Notes: generated from the letters alone by a model not told the origin. 64,000 bases of DNA from Octopus bimaculoides (GCF_001194135.2 NC_068982.1:102584105-102648104), one strand, 5' to 3'; counted from the first letter of the stretch, positions 14,860 through 28,543 are shown. Program-made: numbers and translations.

Positions 14860-15238
14860 TGGCACTCCGTCGGTTACGACGACGAGGGTTCTAGTTGATC
14901 CGATCAACGGAACAGCCTGCTCGTGAAGTTAACATGCAAGTGGCTAAGCACTCCACAGACACGTGTACCCTTAACATAGTTCTCGGGGATATTCAGCGTG
15001 ACAGAGAGTGGGAAGGCAGGCCCTTTGAAATACAGGTACAACAGAAACAGGAAGAAAGAGTGAGAGAAAGTTGTAGTGAAGGAGTACAGCAGGGTTCGCC
15101 ACCCACCCCCTGCCAGAGCCTCTTGGAACTTTAGGTGTTTTCGTTGAATAAACACTCACAGCGCCCGGTCTGGGAATCGAAATCGCGATCCTATGACCGC
15201 AAAACCATTGCCCTAACCACTGGGCCATTGCGCCTCCA
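14860..15238 (-). mobile_element. tRNA-derived SINE, family B, full length
   Basis: Head GGAGGCGCAATGGCCCAGTGG (A box TGGCCCAGTGG) and ATTTCGATTCCC (B-box-like). Colinear with the copy at 38567. Possible short TSD AAACTAT at 14851-14857 and 15240-15246. Confidence 0.9.
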
Positions 15239-15630
15239 TAAACTATAAATACAAGCTTTCCAAGGATGGATAAACGCAAAAAATATTCAACAGCCATCCA
15301 TCAAAACCAGAAATGTAGCAGCGGTATGGACTATTAAAGAATTTTAGTTTAATGTTGTTCTTTGCTTTTACCATGTCTATATCTAAGTTTTCTCTTTTAG
15401 ATCATTGGAGAGAAGCCACTTCATGAGTGCTAGGACCGCCTAAGGTGGTTTGCAGCAGTCAGAGCAAGGATTAGCAAAATCTCAACATTTTATCTTAATG
15501 GCTGTTGTGTGATAACGTTCCTGTCACAATTTTTGAAACTATAGACGAGTGTTATTCAGGCATTTTTTTCAATCGTTTGAGAATGCGTACGTGTGTGTGA
15601 AGTCTATGTGTGTCTCTCTGTTTATAAAAA

Positions 15631-15764
<134 letters not shown>

Positions 15765-15769
15765 ACAGT

Positions 15770-16140
15770 AATGCCTCGATATACGAGTTACACAATTCTA
15801 CAACCATATATATATATAGGATTAACTATAAATTTTAAACACGAGAAACAGTAAATCCACAACACTCGCCAGTCACATACATAATCTCAAAAATAGAAAC
15901 ATTCCCTACATCTTGTCATGGTCCATAATAGATTCAGGACTTCAATACCAAGGTCAACGCTCAGCCTGTAAATTATGCCTAAAAGAGGCATTCCACATAT
16001 TAAAACACAACTCTTCAGTGCTACAAATACATACAACGATGCCCTAGGTACAGGCAACCACCGCTTTTTCCATACGTTCAAATTTTACCACAAATCTAAA
16101 CGCAACCTAAATAACCACACAGCACATACCCTGGACACCA
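15770..16140 (+). mobile_element. Penelope-like element GIY-YIG endonuclease remnant
   Basis: SIYEL, YIGLT (15813-15827), then KSTTLASHIHNLKNRNIPYILSWSIIDSGLQYQGQRSACKLCLKEAFHIL. This matches the PLE T-x-LSxYIWxLK...WSI...CxLCLxE pattern. Frameshifted. Confidence 0.75.
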
Positions 16141-16384
16141 CTTAGGTAATCCCAACAGCCCTATCTGACTTTCCATTAATTTCTAAACACTCCAATCTTA
16201 TTTTAATTGTTTAATACTATACTACACATATGGGCATGCATATGCATACGTATGCGGATATATGTGTGTATGTATATGCATATATATGTGTGTGTGCGCG
16301 CGCGTGTATGTGTGTACATGTGCATGTATGCGTATATATGTGTGCACGTGTAAACGTATATACATTTATTTATGCGTATGTGTG

Positions 16385-16420
<36 letters not shown>

Positions 16421-17716
16421 NNNNNNNNNNNNNNNNNNNNNNNNNNNNNNNNNNNNNNNNNNNNNNNNNNNNNNNNNNNNNNNNNNNNNNNNNNNNNNNN
16501 NNNNNNNNNNNNNNNNNNNNNNNNNNNNNNNNNNNNNNNNNNNNNNNNNNNNNNNNNNNNNNNNNNNNNNNNNNNNNNNNNNNNNNNNNNNNNNNNNNNN
16601 NNNNNNNNNNNNNNNNNNNNNNNNNNNNNNNNNNNNNNNNNNNNNNNNNNNNNNNNNNNNNNNNNNNNNNNNNNNNNNNNNNNNNNNNNNNNNNNNNNNN
16701 NNNNNNNNNNNNNNNNNNNNNNNNNNNNNNNNNNNNNNNNNNNNNNNNNNNNNNNNNNNNNNNNNNNNNNNNNNNNNNNNNNNNNNNNNNNNNNNNNNNN
16801 NNNNNNNNNNNNNNNNNNNNNNNNNNNNNNNNNNNNNNNNNNNNNNNNNNNNNNNNNNNNNNNNNNNNNNNTGTGTGTGTGTGTGTATGCGTACGGGTTT
16901 AAATACACAAGTACGCAGGCCTCTACAACAACGCAAACACATACACACATATATACATGTGTACGTGCGTATATCGATATACACTTCTTCCTTTCTCTCT
17001 CTCTGATTCCCTCTACCCACACTATCACATTAGCCAGTAGAATAAACACATAAGTCTATTTATAGAAACTTGACCATTCTTAATGTTCTTCCCTTCAATT
17101 TGTGGTTTACTACTCACTTCAGAAAACCCTATCCTATACCTTTTCTGTACCCATCACTTAATGCCATTCTAACATATCACCCCACCTCACACACCTCACA
17201 CATTCATTACTTACATTCTTATCTCTTCCTACCTCTCCCATCCCCTCTCATAATATCTTGACCACCTTTTTTTCACTTTCTTACACTTTTTCATCTCTTC
17301 TTGTTTTCCTTTTCCCTTCCTCTTTCTTTCCTTCTCTTCTCACCTTTTCCTTTGACCTCTCTCTTCATTTTAACATACACATCTCTTCTCTCCTCTCTGT
17401 CCACTTAATACTACCACTACATTCTCAAGTTTTCATTCACATGGACTGCACATGGAATCTACGTCTCCACACATTCCATTTATGATGACAAAATATGAAC
17501 TCCTATTGGAATTTACATACCACGGACAAGAAGCATTTCTACCACTTCTACACACCACTTTCCTTGGATAATGGAACTATAACATCTTTATACATTTTTA
17601 TTTTTGTTTCTACATCCATTCTCCTATTTCCTTATATACTCCTTATTTGCTTCCTTTTCCAAAACAACCCGTCATATTGAACTCTAATATTTCCCTCTAC
17701 TTAACCATCTCACATT

Positions 17717-17763
17717 GTCTATGATGAAGGATATCCCTAATATCCCAGAAACAGCTGTAAGAC
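17717..17763 (+). ncRNA. Minimal type-I hammerhead motif (C3 mutated to A)
   Basis: GTCT-ATGATGA-A-GGATA(loop)TATCC-CA-GAAA-CAGCTG-TA-AGAC. Stem I is GTCT/AGAC, stem III is the palindrome ACAGCTGT, and the cleavage triplet is GUA. It lies at the end of a pyrimidine-rich PLE-type 3' region (about 17040-17770). Confidence 0.7.
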
Positions 17764-17907
17764 TAACTTTCTGTTTATAAATGTCCTGGCTTTGTTGTCT
17801 CATTTTATATATATATATATATCCCTTGCAGTCATTTCAATATGTGATCGCGTGTGTATCGTTGGCGACTTTCTTTCTCCGTCTTCTCTTCTTTTGACTT
17901 TTTCTAT

Positions 17908-17942
17908 ATTTCTGATGAAGAGTTCCGCTCGAAACGTGAAAT
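17908..17942 (+). ncRNA. Minimal type-I hammerhead motif (non-cleavable GUG triplet)
   Basis: ATTT-CTGATGA-A-GAG(TTCCG)CTC-GAAA-CG-TG-AAAT. The core boxes are intact and stem III is the palindrome ACGT, but position 17 is G. Confidence 0.7.
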
Positions 17943-18239
17943 CCTCTTTCTTTTCTTTCCTTTCCTGAGCGTCCAATAACACAGTACTTGTTCCACGTCC
18001 TCGTATTGTTGTTTTTTCTTGCTTGTTCTTNNNNNNNNNNATATATATATATATATATATATAGTGTTTATATATTTATATACAAACTTATGACATCGAA
18101 TACAGACACGTTGGCATAAATGACTATTCATCCTCCCGGATAATGAACACACGCACACGCACACACACACACACACAATACAATACAACACACACAACAC
18201 ACACACACACGCACACACACTCATACATATATATATACA

Positions 18240-18745
18240 CAGGGTAGCGCACGAAAAAAATACCCTGGGTTCTGTTACATAGAGTAAATATAGAAATAAA
18301 TTTACTCAAAAAAGCACCCAGCTTTTCGTTTGCAAGTATCATTGTTTAATTTCGACCGCTTATAACTGTTGAACAAAGATGGCGCGCTAGTTGACCGTTT
18401 GCTACGCTGCATCTTCACCTCACTAGTTGATTGTAACATTGCATTGAGTGAACATTTCTAGCTTTTCTACAAAACGACGCACTCAGTAGCTGTTAGAGTG
18501 AAGATTGTAGAACTGTATGTGAGAACGGGTTCTGTCAAGCAAATACGGGCTACTTTTAATGCTAAGTCTTCGAGTAAAGGCTAACCAGCAAAGAAAACGA
18601 TATACATGCTGGTTAAGAAGTGGAGCGCTACGGGATTAGTGCATAACGCCCCAAAACAATGTGACCCTACAGTTCGAACACCGGAAGTTATTCAGGACAT
18701 TGACCAAAGAATTACCTGAAATCCAATGAATTACCCGAAATCCAA
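18240..18745 (+). mobile_element. 5' fragment of a Tc1/mariner-superfamily element with DUF4817-like HTH (DD41D/Visitor-like)
   Basis: Begins CAGGGTAGCGCACG after a TA/CA repeat. One frame 18474-18719 reads TTHSVAVRVKIVELYVRTGSVKQIRATFNAKSSSKG*PAKKTIYMLVKKWSATGLVHNAPKQCDPTVRTPEVIQDIDQRIT*. Start codon lost, two stops, truncated at an 18-bp tandem duplication (18709-18726 and 18728-18745). Confidence 0.6.
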
Positions 18746-20407
18746 CCATTGGTGCAGCAGTCTCACAAATGCGGGTTGGATGGTAAGAGAATTGGTTCCA
18801 GTGGGGGGGGGGGTTAACTGCTAGCACAAAAAGAATATGTGTAGTTCTGCGCTCATATAATTACAAACTCTGAGGAAATAATACCGTAGGTAGAGGGGTA
18901 AAGGAGGATGAATGATACAAAGATGAATTGAGGGTAAGGCTTAATAGGTGTAGATTGTGTGCAGTGGCATAGACATTAATTATATGCATTTAAGATCTCA
19001 TTTTCTGCTGAGATTATCGTGTCTCCTCGATCACAGCAAATTGTTATTCATTTCGGTCCTTTGTTATCTCCTCCACGCGACCCAACAATCTGAGATCATA
19101 CTCAACCGGTTTTACAATGCTCATGATTTTCAAAAATAGTGAAATGTGGAGAGCCATGAGTCTATATTATATTGAAAATGTTTAATGGATGTTAATCACA
19201 AAAATTTCTATGTGACAATCCTTTCATATTTCATTGACAGTGCTAGCTGTCAAAGTAAGCAGGCTGTCTGTATTTACGCTTGGTTGCTTTTCTTTTCTTT
19301 GTTTGATCTGATGACTTTAGAATACTCCTATATTAGAGTTTGCTTGATTAGAATAATTTACAGTGAAGAAAGCATTTGTAAAGCGCCACTCGCTGAACTT
19401 GCCAATTGAGCTGCAAACCCCCCAAGTTTCAAGGGTTAACTAACCGGAAGCCGATCTACGTGTAGTAAACTAGCTTTGGCTAGTGAGCAAATTGTTGATA
19501 TCTTAGGTAATAAGGAAAAGTCATGCGCCATCGTTGTTTACACTTGGGATTTCATTGATCTAAGATACCAATTAGTGAAGTCGAAATGACGTCTCGTAAG
19601 ATACAGTGTGCTGACATGTTGACGAAGTAGGAGCCTACCTGTCCTGTGGATAGAAATCTATGAATATGATACTAGATATATTATAAATGCACATGTTGAA
19701 GTCACCCAAGGGAGTAGCACGTTGGTTTTTGATGCATTCGTCTGAATAATAGACTACAAGAGAAAATATTATTTGTTTATAAAATAAACAAAAGAATCAT
19801 CGTTTTTTGCATTCTCTCTATGTCTCAAGGCAAACAGAAAAAAAGGAGAGATGCAAAAATAACAGTCAGCTTACAACAATATACACAGTCATATATACAA
19901 ACACAAAATACGGGGATCTAAAATTCATACACGTTGTACACATCGCTGCCAAAATAGCAAAGATAGTTCTTCCTCTGGCGCAGAAACAAAACTGAGAAAA
20001 TATGCAACATTCGTTATTCGCTAAAAGAAAAAAATATGTCATTTCTTGGTACACCCCGTAAAGCGAAAACTCATACAAGCACCCTTATGTGTGTGTGAAT
20101 GTATGTGTCCATGTGTGTATGCGTGTGTATTTGTACTTGTTTATGTAGTGCGTGTGAGAGCACATTCGCTCCTCCTTCCTTGTTTCTCTCTCTCAGTATA
20201 TATATATATATTTATATATACATACACATAGATACATACACACACACATACACACACTCATATATATATATGTGAGTGTGTGTGTATGTGTATGTTTGTG
20301 TATGTGTGTGTATGTGTGTGTATGTGTGTATGTGTGTGTGTATGTGTGTGTGTGAGTGTGTGTGTGAGTGTGTGTGTGTGTGCATCATAAGCTCTCTCTT
20401 TCTCTCA

Positions 20408-20456
<49 letters not shown>

Positions 20457-20825
20457 TATACATAGATATATGCATCTATGTATGTATATATCTATATATG
20501 GGTATTAACTGAAGCCATGACTGTGCAGTTAAGATTCTCGCTTTGCAGCCACGTAGTTTTGTGTTCATTCTTGCTGCACAGCACNNNNNNNNNNNNNNNN
20601 NNNNNNNNNNNNNNNNNNNNNNNNNNNNNNNNNNNNNNNNNNNNNNNNNNNNNNNNNNNNNNNNNNNNNNNNNNNNNNNNNNNNNNNNNNNNNNNNNNNN
20701 NNNNNNNNNNNNNNNNNNNNNNNNNNNNNNNNNNNNNNNNNNNNNNNNNNNNNNNNNNNNNNNNNNNNNNNNNNNNNNNNNNNNNNNNNNNNNNNNNNNN
20801 NNNNNNNNNNNNNNNNNNNNNNNNN

Positions 20826-20917
<92 letters not shown>

Positions 20918-21538
20918 CATGTGTGTATATGTGTGTGACCGGTGTTGATCTGTTTACATCTCCGTGTGTATGTGTGTTTTCATAATATGTGTAAAATGAA
21001 CTACTTTGTACTGGGTATGTCCGGTTCTCAATATAAAGTACGTACTTAATTGTTACAAGGTCTTTCTAGTGGTACATTCAGACGAGCCACGTGACGTCTT
21101 TATTCGTCAGGTAAATTTAATCAGCGTCACAGAACATTAAAACAAAAATCAAGATCTAACCACGATAACGGCGTAACAATATCTGCTTACAATTATCAAG
21201 GATATTATTCTTACGCTGGAGGCTATCATTGAATGCTTTCTGATAATTCCTACTTGCTGGTTGGTTAGGTGTATTTAACATAAGATTATACCCACCGGAG
21301 GTATTAAGACTCCGTAGGAATGCATGCACACACATATAAACAGATACACACACTAATTGGCTTATGCATACATCTACATATATGTGTGTGTACACATTGA
21401 TAGAAATACACACACACACATACATACATACATGTGTATATACATAGGTAAATACTTGAAAATACATAAAGAGTATGGTCATATATATCATACATATTTT
21501 ACATAGAAAACAGTACCTCTGCACAAGATTCTTGCCTT

Positions 21539-21581
<43 letters not shown>

Positions 21582-21711
21582 NNNNNNNNNNNNNNNNNNN
21601 NNNNNNNNNNNNNNNNNNNNNNNNNNNNNNNNNNNNNNNNNNNNNNNNNNNNNNNNNNNNNNNNNNNNNNNNNNNNNNNNNNNNNNNNNNNNNNNNNNNN
21701 NNNNNNNNNNN

Positions 21712-21763
<52 letters not shown>

Positions 21764-21900
21764 TGTATCTGTGCGTGTCTATACACGCACACAGATATAT
21801 GTGCTGAAAAATTCCTGGCTCTGGATAAGTCCTGTAAAAGAACTCGAATAGTTGAGCCTCCAGCCAGGCCATTCACGATACTTTTAAAGCCAGGAAATCC

Positions 21901-22308
21901 TCACTCCACCTTGAAGAGGGGAGGGGAGCTGAGCCCATGTGGCGCAAAGGAGCGAAGAGAGAAGATTAATCCCTGTTCACGGCGCAAACGGGAGTCCGGA
22001 TGGCCCCTGTGCATGGACAATCCAAACACGGACAGGTGTTGCTGCAAGGAGTGACCGGCAGAACGGAAATGGCGTGACGCCGGGGTGTCATCGCAAACGT
22101 TGATGTCTCGGAGGTGTTCCGCGAATCGGTCGGCCAGGCGGCGCCCCGTTTGTCCGATGTACAGAGAACGGCAGAGAGAGCAGGGGATGCAATAGATGAT
22201 GTTGGTAGAAGTGCAGGTGAAGGAGTCGGTGATGCGATAGGGTTGATGATGGGTGCCGGTGAGGAGGGTGGTGTTGGAGAGGTAAGGGCAAGTGCGGCAT
22301 CGTGAGTC
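21901..22308 (-). mobile_element. Penelope-like element GIY-YIG endonuclease fragment, stop-free frame of 135 codons without ATG at its start
   Basis: SRCRTCPYLSNTTLLTGTHHQPYRITDSFTCTSTNIIYCIPCSLCRSLYIGQTGRRLADRFAEHLRDI...RHF...GH...RLRREQGLIFSLRSFAPHGL. It has the CxxC, NIIY..YIGQT and RFxEH motifs, and is closely similar to 35210-35633. Not in the ORF track. Confidence 0.9.
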
Positions 22309-22312
22309 TCAT

Positions 22313-22344
<32 letters not shown>

Positions 22345-23530
22345 ATATATGTATATATGTATATATGTGTGTATATATGTATATATTAATACGTGATGTT
22401 AATACATTTTTGCCTCATTTATTCACCGCACCCTATATATACATGTGTGTGTGTATAACACGTTTATACAAAAGGCAAGACATGTATGCATATTTTGTTA
22501 TTGTTGTTGTTGTTATTGTTGTTGTTGTTGGTATTGTTATTGTCAGATGTGTTGCTTATTATGCTAAATTTATCTATTGGACTCATTTTCATTTTCTGTG
22601 ATTCGTGTCTTCATAATTTTGTTTTCACCATATTTTGTTTGGTTTACATATATGTGTGTGTGTGTATGTGTGTGTGTGTGTATGTGTGCGTGTGCGTGCG
22701 TGCATGCACACATACATACATAAGTAGCGTGTGGTAGATGCCGCACATCTCTCTAGAAGACAGTGTGTCTATAAGTTGAAAATAAGAATGTGTACGACTT
22801 ATAAGAAAATAATAGAACCGTTTTAGGCAATGAAATCTGAAGACAGGAAAGTATTTTTATCGTCTGCTGAAGAAACATATACAATAAAGACTGCATCGTT
22901 TGTAATTTTTTCTCTCTGGTTCAGAGAAGTCCAGCGTCACTGACCTAAATATGCGATGTTTATTGAGCTTAAAAACGTAAAGTAAACGGTAAACTACTTT
23001 TTACTGATTATGGAAAGTAATTAATTCTGGAAACTAATGATTTGTAGAACAAATTATACAAATCAAATAATAATATTTGTGCTGAAAACAATTTCAGTTC
23101 AACGCATTTATCGATCACGCACATATATAAATCTCCAACTTTTTAGCATAGTGGAGGAAGCGGAGGAATTTATCGGGTGTGACCTATCTAACCTATCACA
23201 CTTCATTGTCAACAAAGTCAATTCAAATACACACACGCACGCACGCACACACACACACACACACGCGCACACACACACACATACACACACACATACATAT
23301 AATACATTCATAAATACACACACACACAGACATATATGTGTGTGCTTAAATTTATTGTTAGATTCGTAGACTTTTTTGGAAGTACGGAAAGAATGGAGAC
23401 TTGTATTTGCAATACATACCTACATACAGACAGACATACATACAAACATACACACACACACACACACATACATACATACATACATACATACATACACACG
23501 CACACACACATACATACATACATACATACA

Positions 23531-23561
<31 letters not shown>

Positions 23562-24142
23562 CACACACATACATACCATGACGTCGAATACAGACACGTT
23601 GGCAAAGACGACTATTCATCCTCCCGGATAATGAATATTGTCCCCGATAATCTTTGCAATTAATACAAGCCTGATAAAAGAAATGTTTATCTTTGATTAA
23701 ATGCATAGAAACTACCTTTTCCTGGTAACAGCGTAGCAGTAATCAAGGAGTGAAATACATACTACATAGAAAGTTACTCTACATACACCATGTCGATAAA
23801 AGAACCCGGAATATGCTATCACAGATCACGTAACCATCGAGTAAAATTCCAGTGGACTTTCGAACTGAACTAAAACCTATACCAGGCTAGGGAAGATCCC
23901 TCGATGGGCTACATGAAGAGATTTAAAGAATACTGGGATGAGAATCCCCCAGCATTCTCATTTTTTTTCAGCAAGACAATTACGTCAACAAGCTACATTT
24001 ATTGAAAAGAAATATGCCACCCAACCAAGTAAAATCTGTCAGCAAAAATGCACAAATGATAATACTCGTATCAAAAGCACGGTGGAATTTTTCAGTGAAG
24101 ACTGAACAAGAAGCGTGACCAAAACGAACATACATATATAAA

Positions 24143-24178
<36 letters not shown>

Positions 24179-24422
24179 TTACATATATATTTGTGTATAT
24201 GTATGTATGTATGTTCAGTTAATAAAAGTCTGCATTCTTTGCCTACTTTCAGAAAACAATCTTCTAATCTAACAATTAACTTATCTTGTGCCCTCATTTC
24301 TTATTTCAATGTCAGATATAAGCCAATTAATAACACCATATAAATCTTCTGATATTCTTTCATGTTTTGCTACAATCTAAATAATTTCATTATCATACCT
24401 TGTTATATCTATCCATCTCTCT

Positions 24423-24490
<68 letters not shown>

Positions 24491-26320
24491 ATATCTACAT
24501 ATATGTATGTATATATATATATNNNNNNNNNNNNNNNNNNNNNNNNNNNNNNNNNNNNNNNNNNNNNNNNNNNNNNNNNNNNNNNNNNNNNNNNNNNNNN
24601 NNNNNNNNNNNNNNNNNNNNNNNNNNNNNNNNNNNNNNNNNNNNNNNNNNNNNNNNNNNNNNNNNNNNNNNNNNNNNNNNNNNNNNNNNNNNNNNNNNNN
24701 NNNNNNNNNNNNNNNNNNNNNNNNNNNNNNNNNNNNNNNNNNNNNNNNNNNNNNNNNNNNNNNNNNNNNNNNNNNNNNNNNNNNNNNNNNNNNNNTATAT
24801 ATATATATATATATATATATATTCTCAGTCGAATCTAAATAGTAACTGCCTACTCGAGACGTAATGCGTTGGCATGTAAACATTTTCAGATGGAAGTTTA
24901 CTTTTTAATAATGTAAAGTTTTATATAAGTAGGAATAATTCCCCGCGAAATTTGTTTTCCGACTCATCGCAATTCAGTAGTTATTTGTTAAGCATCAAAA
25001 GTTATCTACACACATTTAGATATATTAAAGAATTAGGAAATGCCTATTGTATCCACTAAAGTATCAAGACTCTTCACATTTCACAGCAACCTTTAACTTT
25101 TCTTTATCAGTTCCTGACATGATTTAGAAGCACATTACACATAGGCAATCCTTTGTTTCCTCTAAGCTCCGTAATATTTGTGGTTCATTTAATACGGCAA
25201 CAAAAACAGGCACGTTTAATCGATTTTGTAAAGGACATCTTCAGAAAAGCAATTTCAATAGTTTTGAGGAATTGTGTTCAGTACTTAAAGCATCAGTTCC
25301 TTTCTTGCTGCTATGCACTTTCTTTGATATAATTTTGAAATTGGATTTTTATCAATATATATCCAGTTACCTAATACGTTCATATCAAGGTGACTCACAT
25401 TTTCAGTCAACTCTAATTACGTAACATTAGAATAGTGGCACTACTTTAATAATATTAGAGCTATGACATATACTTTTTCACTCCTTGATACTAGCATCCA
25501 CGTTCCTGTTTTCTTTTAACTGCCTATTGTTCGTCGAGCTCTGTCTATTCGTTTCTTGGTTTATATTGCTACATTGGCACACATGCGAAAACTGTTGTTA
25601 AAGAATTGGCTCCTGATTTGATCAATTGGAGCAATTTTATTCAATCATTCCGCGATATAATGTCAAGACCTTCAAATTTTAAGAAATCCAAAACTTAAAA
25701 CTACAACAAAATGTATAGAAATATTTCGAATTCATTTGTGCTAAATCACACCGGTAGTAACAATATACTAACAGCATACGCGCCAAATAACATTTACCAG
25801 AAGTGCAATCGTTACGTGTTAGTTCAATATTATTTGGATCAATTATTATATGAAATACATGGTTTCGGGATGGATCCCAGGATACGACGCCTCTGACAAG
25901 TGTCTTTCCATAGCCTTCATTCGACAAAAACTTCGAGATTGAATCAGGGTTGATAGAAACGATAAGGAAGAGAGTTTAGATTTTTTTTTTAAGGCAGACT
26001 TAAACCGTCACCCAATTTAACCGAGTCGGTGGTGTTTTTTAATGAAGTGTAAAAATCATTGTCAAAATTATTCGGGCTTTATAATTCCCTTCCTCCCTTT
26101 TCCGTCTCAAAGGACCTGATGCTTTTTATCCTCTGATTATTAAAAAAAAACAATACATTTTTACACGAAAATACTGCCCACCAATATTTATGATGTAATA
26201 ATTACTTCCCATGCATATTTAAATTGCAATAATAAAACCAATCCAATATTAAAGTTGCAATTCTTGTGCGCCTAAAAACTGTAACTGAAAGTTACATGCC
26301 CTCTGAAACAATGAGATTTA

Positions 26321-28215
26321 TTAAAATCACCTTGAGCTTCATACTGAGAGGTTAACTTTTAAATGATTGATTCAATTTATGTTAAAAATTAACGAATGTC
26401 CTTTCTTTCATCGCTTTTCAGATAATTTCTTTGTTTGGTAACAAGAAGAGTTACAACACTAAAGCTTGATTCAGGTAGATGTGAGGTGGGGAGCGGCAGT
26501 ATTGAACTGAATATCGTTTTGCATATATTTGAATATAAGGTGTGCATCATTTTGCCGGATTTGTTGTAGCTATTACTACTGAAATTCTGAAATCCACTTC
26601 CTTCTTCGTATTTTGCTTCTTCTGTCCTTCACGTTACACCAGAATAATCAGCATGTACAGTAGAATGTTTTAACCATCCAGTTATACATCTTCAAGTTCA
26701 AAATTGCTTTACTAAATTGTTTTTCACCATACATTTTAAGTCAACAGAGATAATTACTGAGCGTTTCAATCTCCTCTGCAGTCAGAATCTTTTTAATTGA
26801 TAACAACTCCTTTGACGTTCTCTTTTAAACGATTTTGATGGAAAATATCAATTTCTTTTAGAAATTTTAAGAACCTCGTAATAACCAAGCAACAAAAATG
26901 TTTAATGTGTACTTTGTGCATCCTTTTCCTTTTAATTCCTTGATTTCAATTTCAAAATTCTAATCCCGCCAAATATTTCGAAGAACTGATTATTTCCCTT
27001 GCATTAATTCTCCTCCTGAGTACATGATGTGTTTAAGAAAACAACATTTTTCATTTGATATATTATATATTCGGTCTTTGAAGATGTAAATTAATTTTAT
27101 AAAATTTCATTAAAATGCCTGCCACATAAAATGTATGAGGGCTTGTTTTGCTTTTTTGGTTTGTTTCTTAACTTTTGGTACAGATCGATGTCATTTTCAT
27201 TTCAAGAGACTGTAACGTATCAATCATATGCCGTTTGAGAGCCAATGAACTTTTATAAGTAACAATATCATTCTAAATTCTTCCTTTTTTTCCCGGCATG
27301 GCATTCAAAGAATTTTGTCTTTTAGACATTTGATTTGCTCTTTTTATAGCCTGATGCATCATGCTTCATGATGAATAGTTCTCTTCGTACGTTTTCCTAA
27401 ACGATATAGTCTATCTGCCGCATAATAAACGCTCAAATCGTTTGTCACTTGCTCGTCAAATGGTCAACAAAACCGCTATATCGAGATATCATTAAAGGTC
27501 AGTAACACACTTTTGTTTAAGGCTATATTTGTTACACAAAGTACGATTTCATAGCGGTAAACATTGTTAAGTCTTCTATAACAGTAACAAGATTTAAAGT
27601 AAATAGCATTTTCTTCTGCAGTATACAGTTTTCATCAAAATATATTTATATTCCATCAATAAATTATTACCTACAATAATAGATTTGCCCAGCACAGTGG
27701 AAAATTATGAGTCTTCTACAATATCAATAAGTTTATTTTCGAAATTAACCGCCATTTCGTCAATGTGACGCTTGACTATAGTACAGCTAACCGGTATTTC
27801 TTCATTTTACTTCAAGTGGAACCTGGCGCATAACGGTTGCGATAAATTCTTTGATAAAGCAATATAGATATTGCAATCTGAATACTGGTGGGTACCATTA
27901 TTGCAATTTTAATATTAGTTGTATTTTCTCTGTTTAAATATTGCATGGGTCTCTTAGAAATTAGTCATGATGTAGGATAAACTGATGTTAATACAGCTCT
28001 GTTCCGTGTAATTTGGTTCTGAAATAATACATTTATTATAGAATGATTCTAAAATCTTTCTACAAGCTTGTATGTAACAGGATCTTCTTGCAAAGGACCT
28101 GATTTCATTTCTCTGCTAGAAAATATCTTGCAGTACACTTTAAAGTTGATTGTAATAGATTCAATGAACTCCATTTTCAGACATTCTGTTAAACAGACAT
28201 GGGCAGATTCCATGT
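26321..28215 (-). pseudogene. Decayed hAT (Buster/Charlie, ZBED5/SCAND3-like) transposase
   Basis: Minus-strand fragments in the expected order: FSSREMKSGPLQE (about 28100), ATVMRQVPL..TIVKRHIDEMAVNFENKLIDIL (27840-27720), VHWLSNG (27250-27230; WLSKG motif), and the C-terminal dimerization domain LPLPTSHLPESSFSVVTLLVTKQRNYLKSDERKDIR*FLT*IESII*KLTSQYEAQGDF* (26500-26321). Many stops and frameshifts; no TIRs recognised. Confidence 0.8.
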
Positions 28216-28489
28216 TTAGAGGAATAGTAAAAATTAATAGTTAAATAAAAATCGAAAACTCAGAATGGCACAATCGTAGGAAAAAATCAGAAACCTGCCT
28301 ACCACGAGTTACCATCAACTCTCTATTCCATATATCACCCATTTCCTTGAAGGAATTATAGAGAGATTGTAAGAGGGAGAGAAAGGGACAGGGAAAGAGA
28401 CAACAAGAGAATTGCTTCTGGCAGACAACTGTGTATGTGTGTGTGTGTATCTATATACATATATAAATTTATATATGTATATATATATA

Positions 28490-28543
<54 letters not shown>

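Noticed and set aside
21150-21290. NYQKAFNDSL, like the LINE RT DYxKAFDS motif
   Set aside because: Single short match with no flanking RT motifs.
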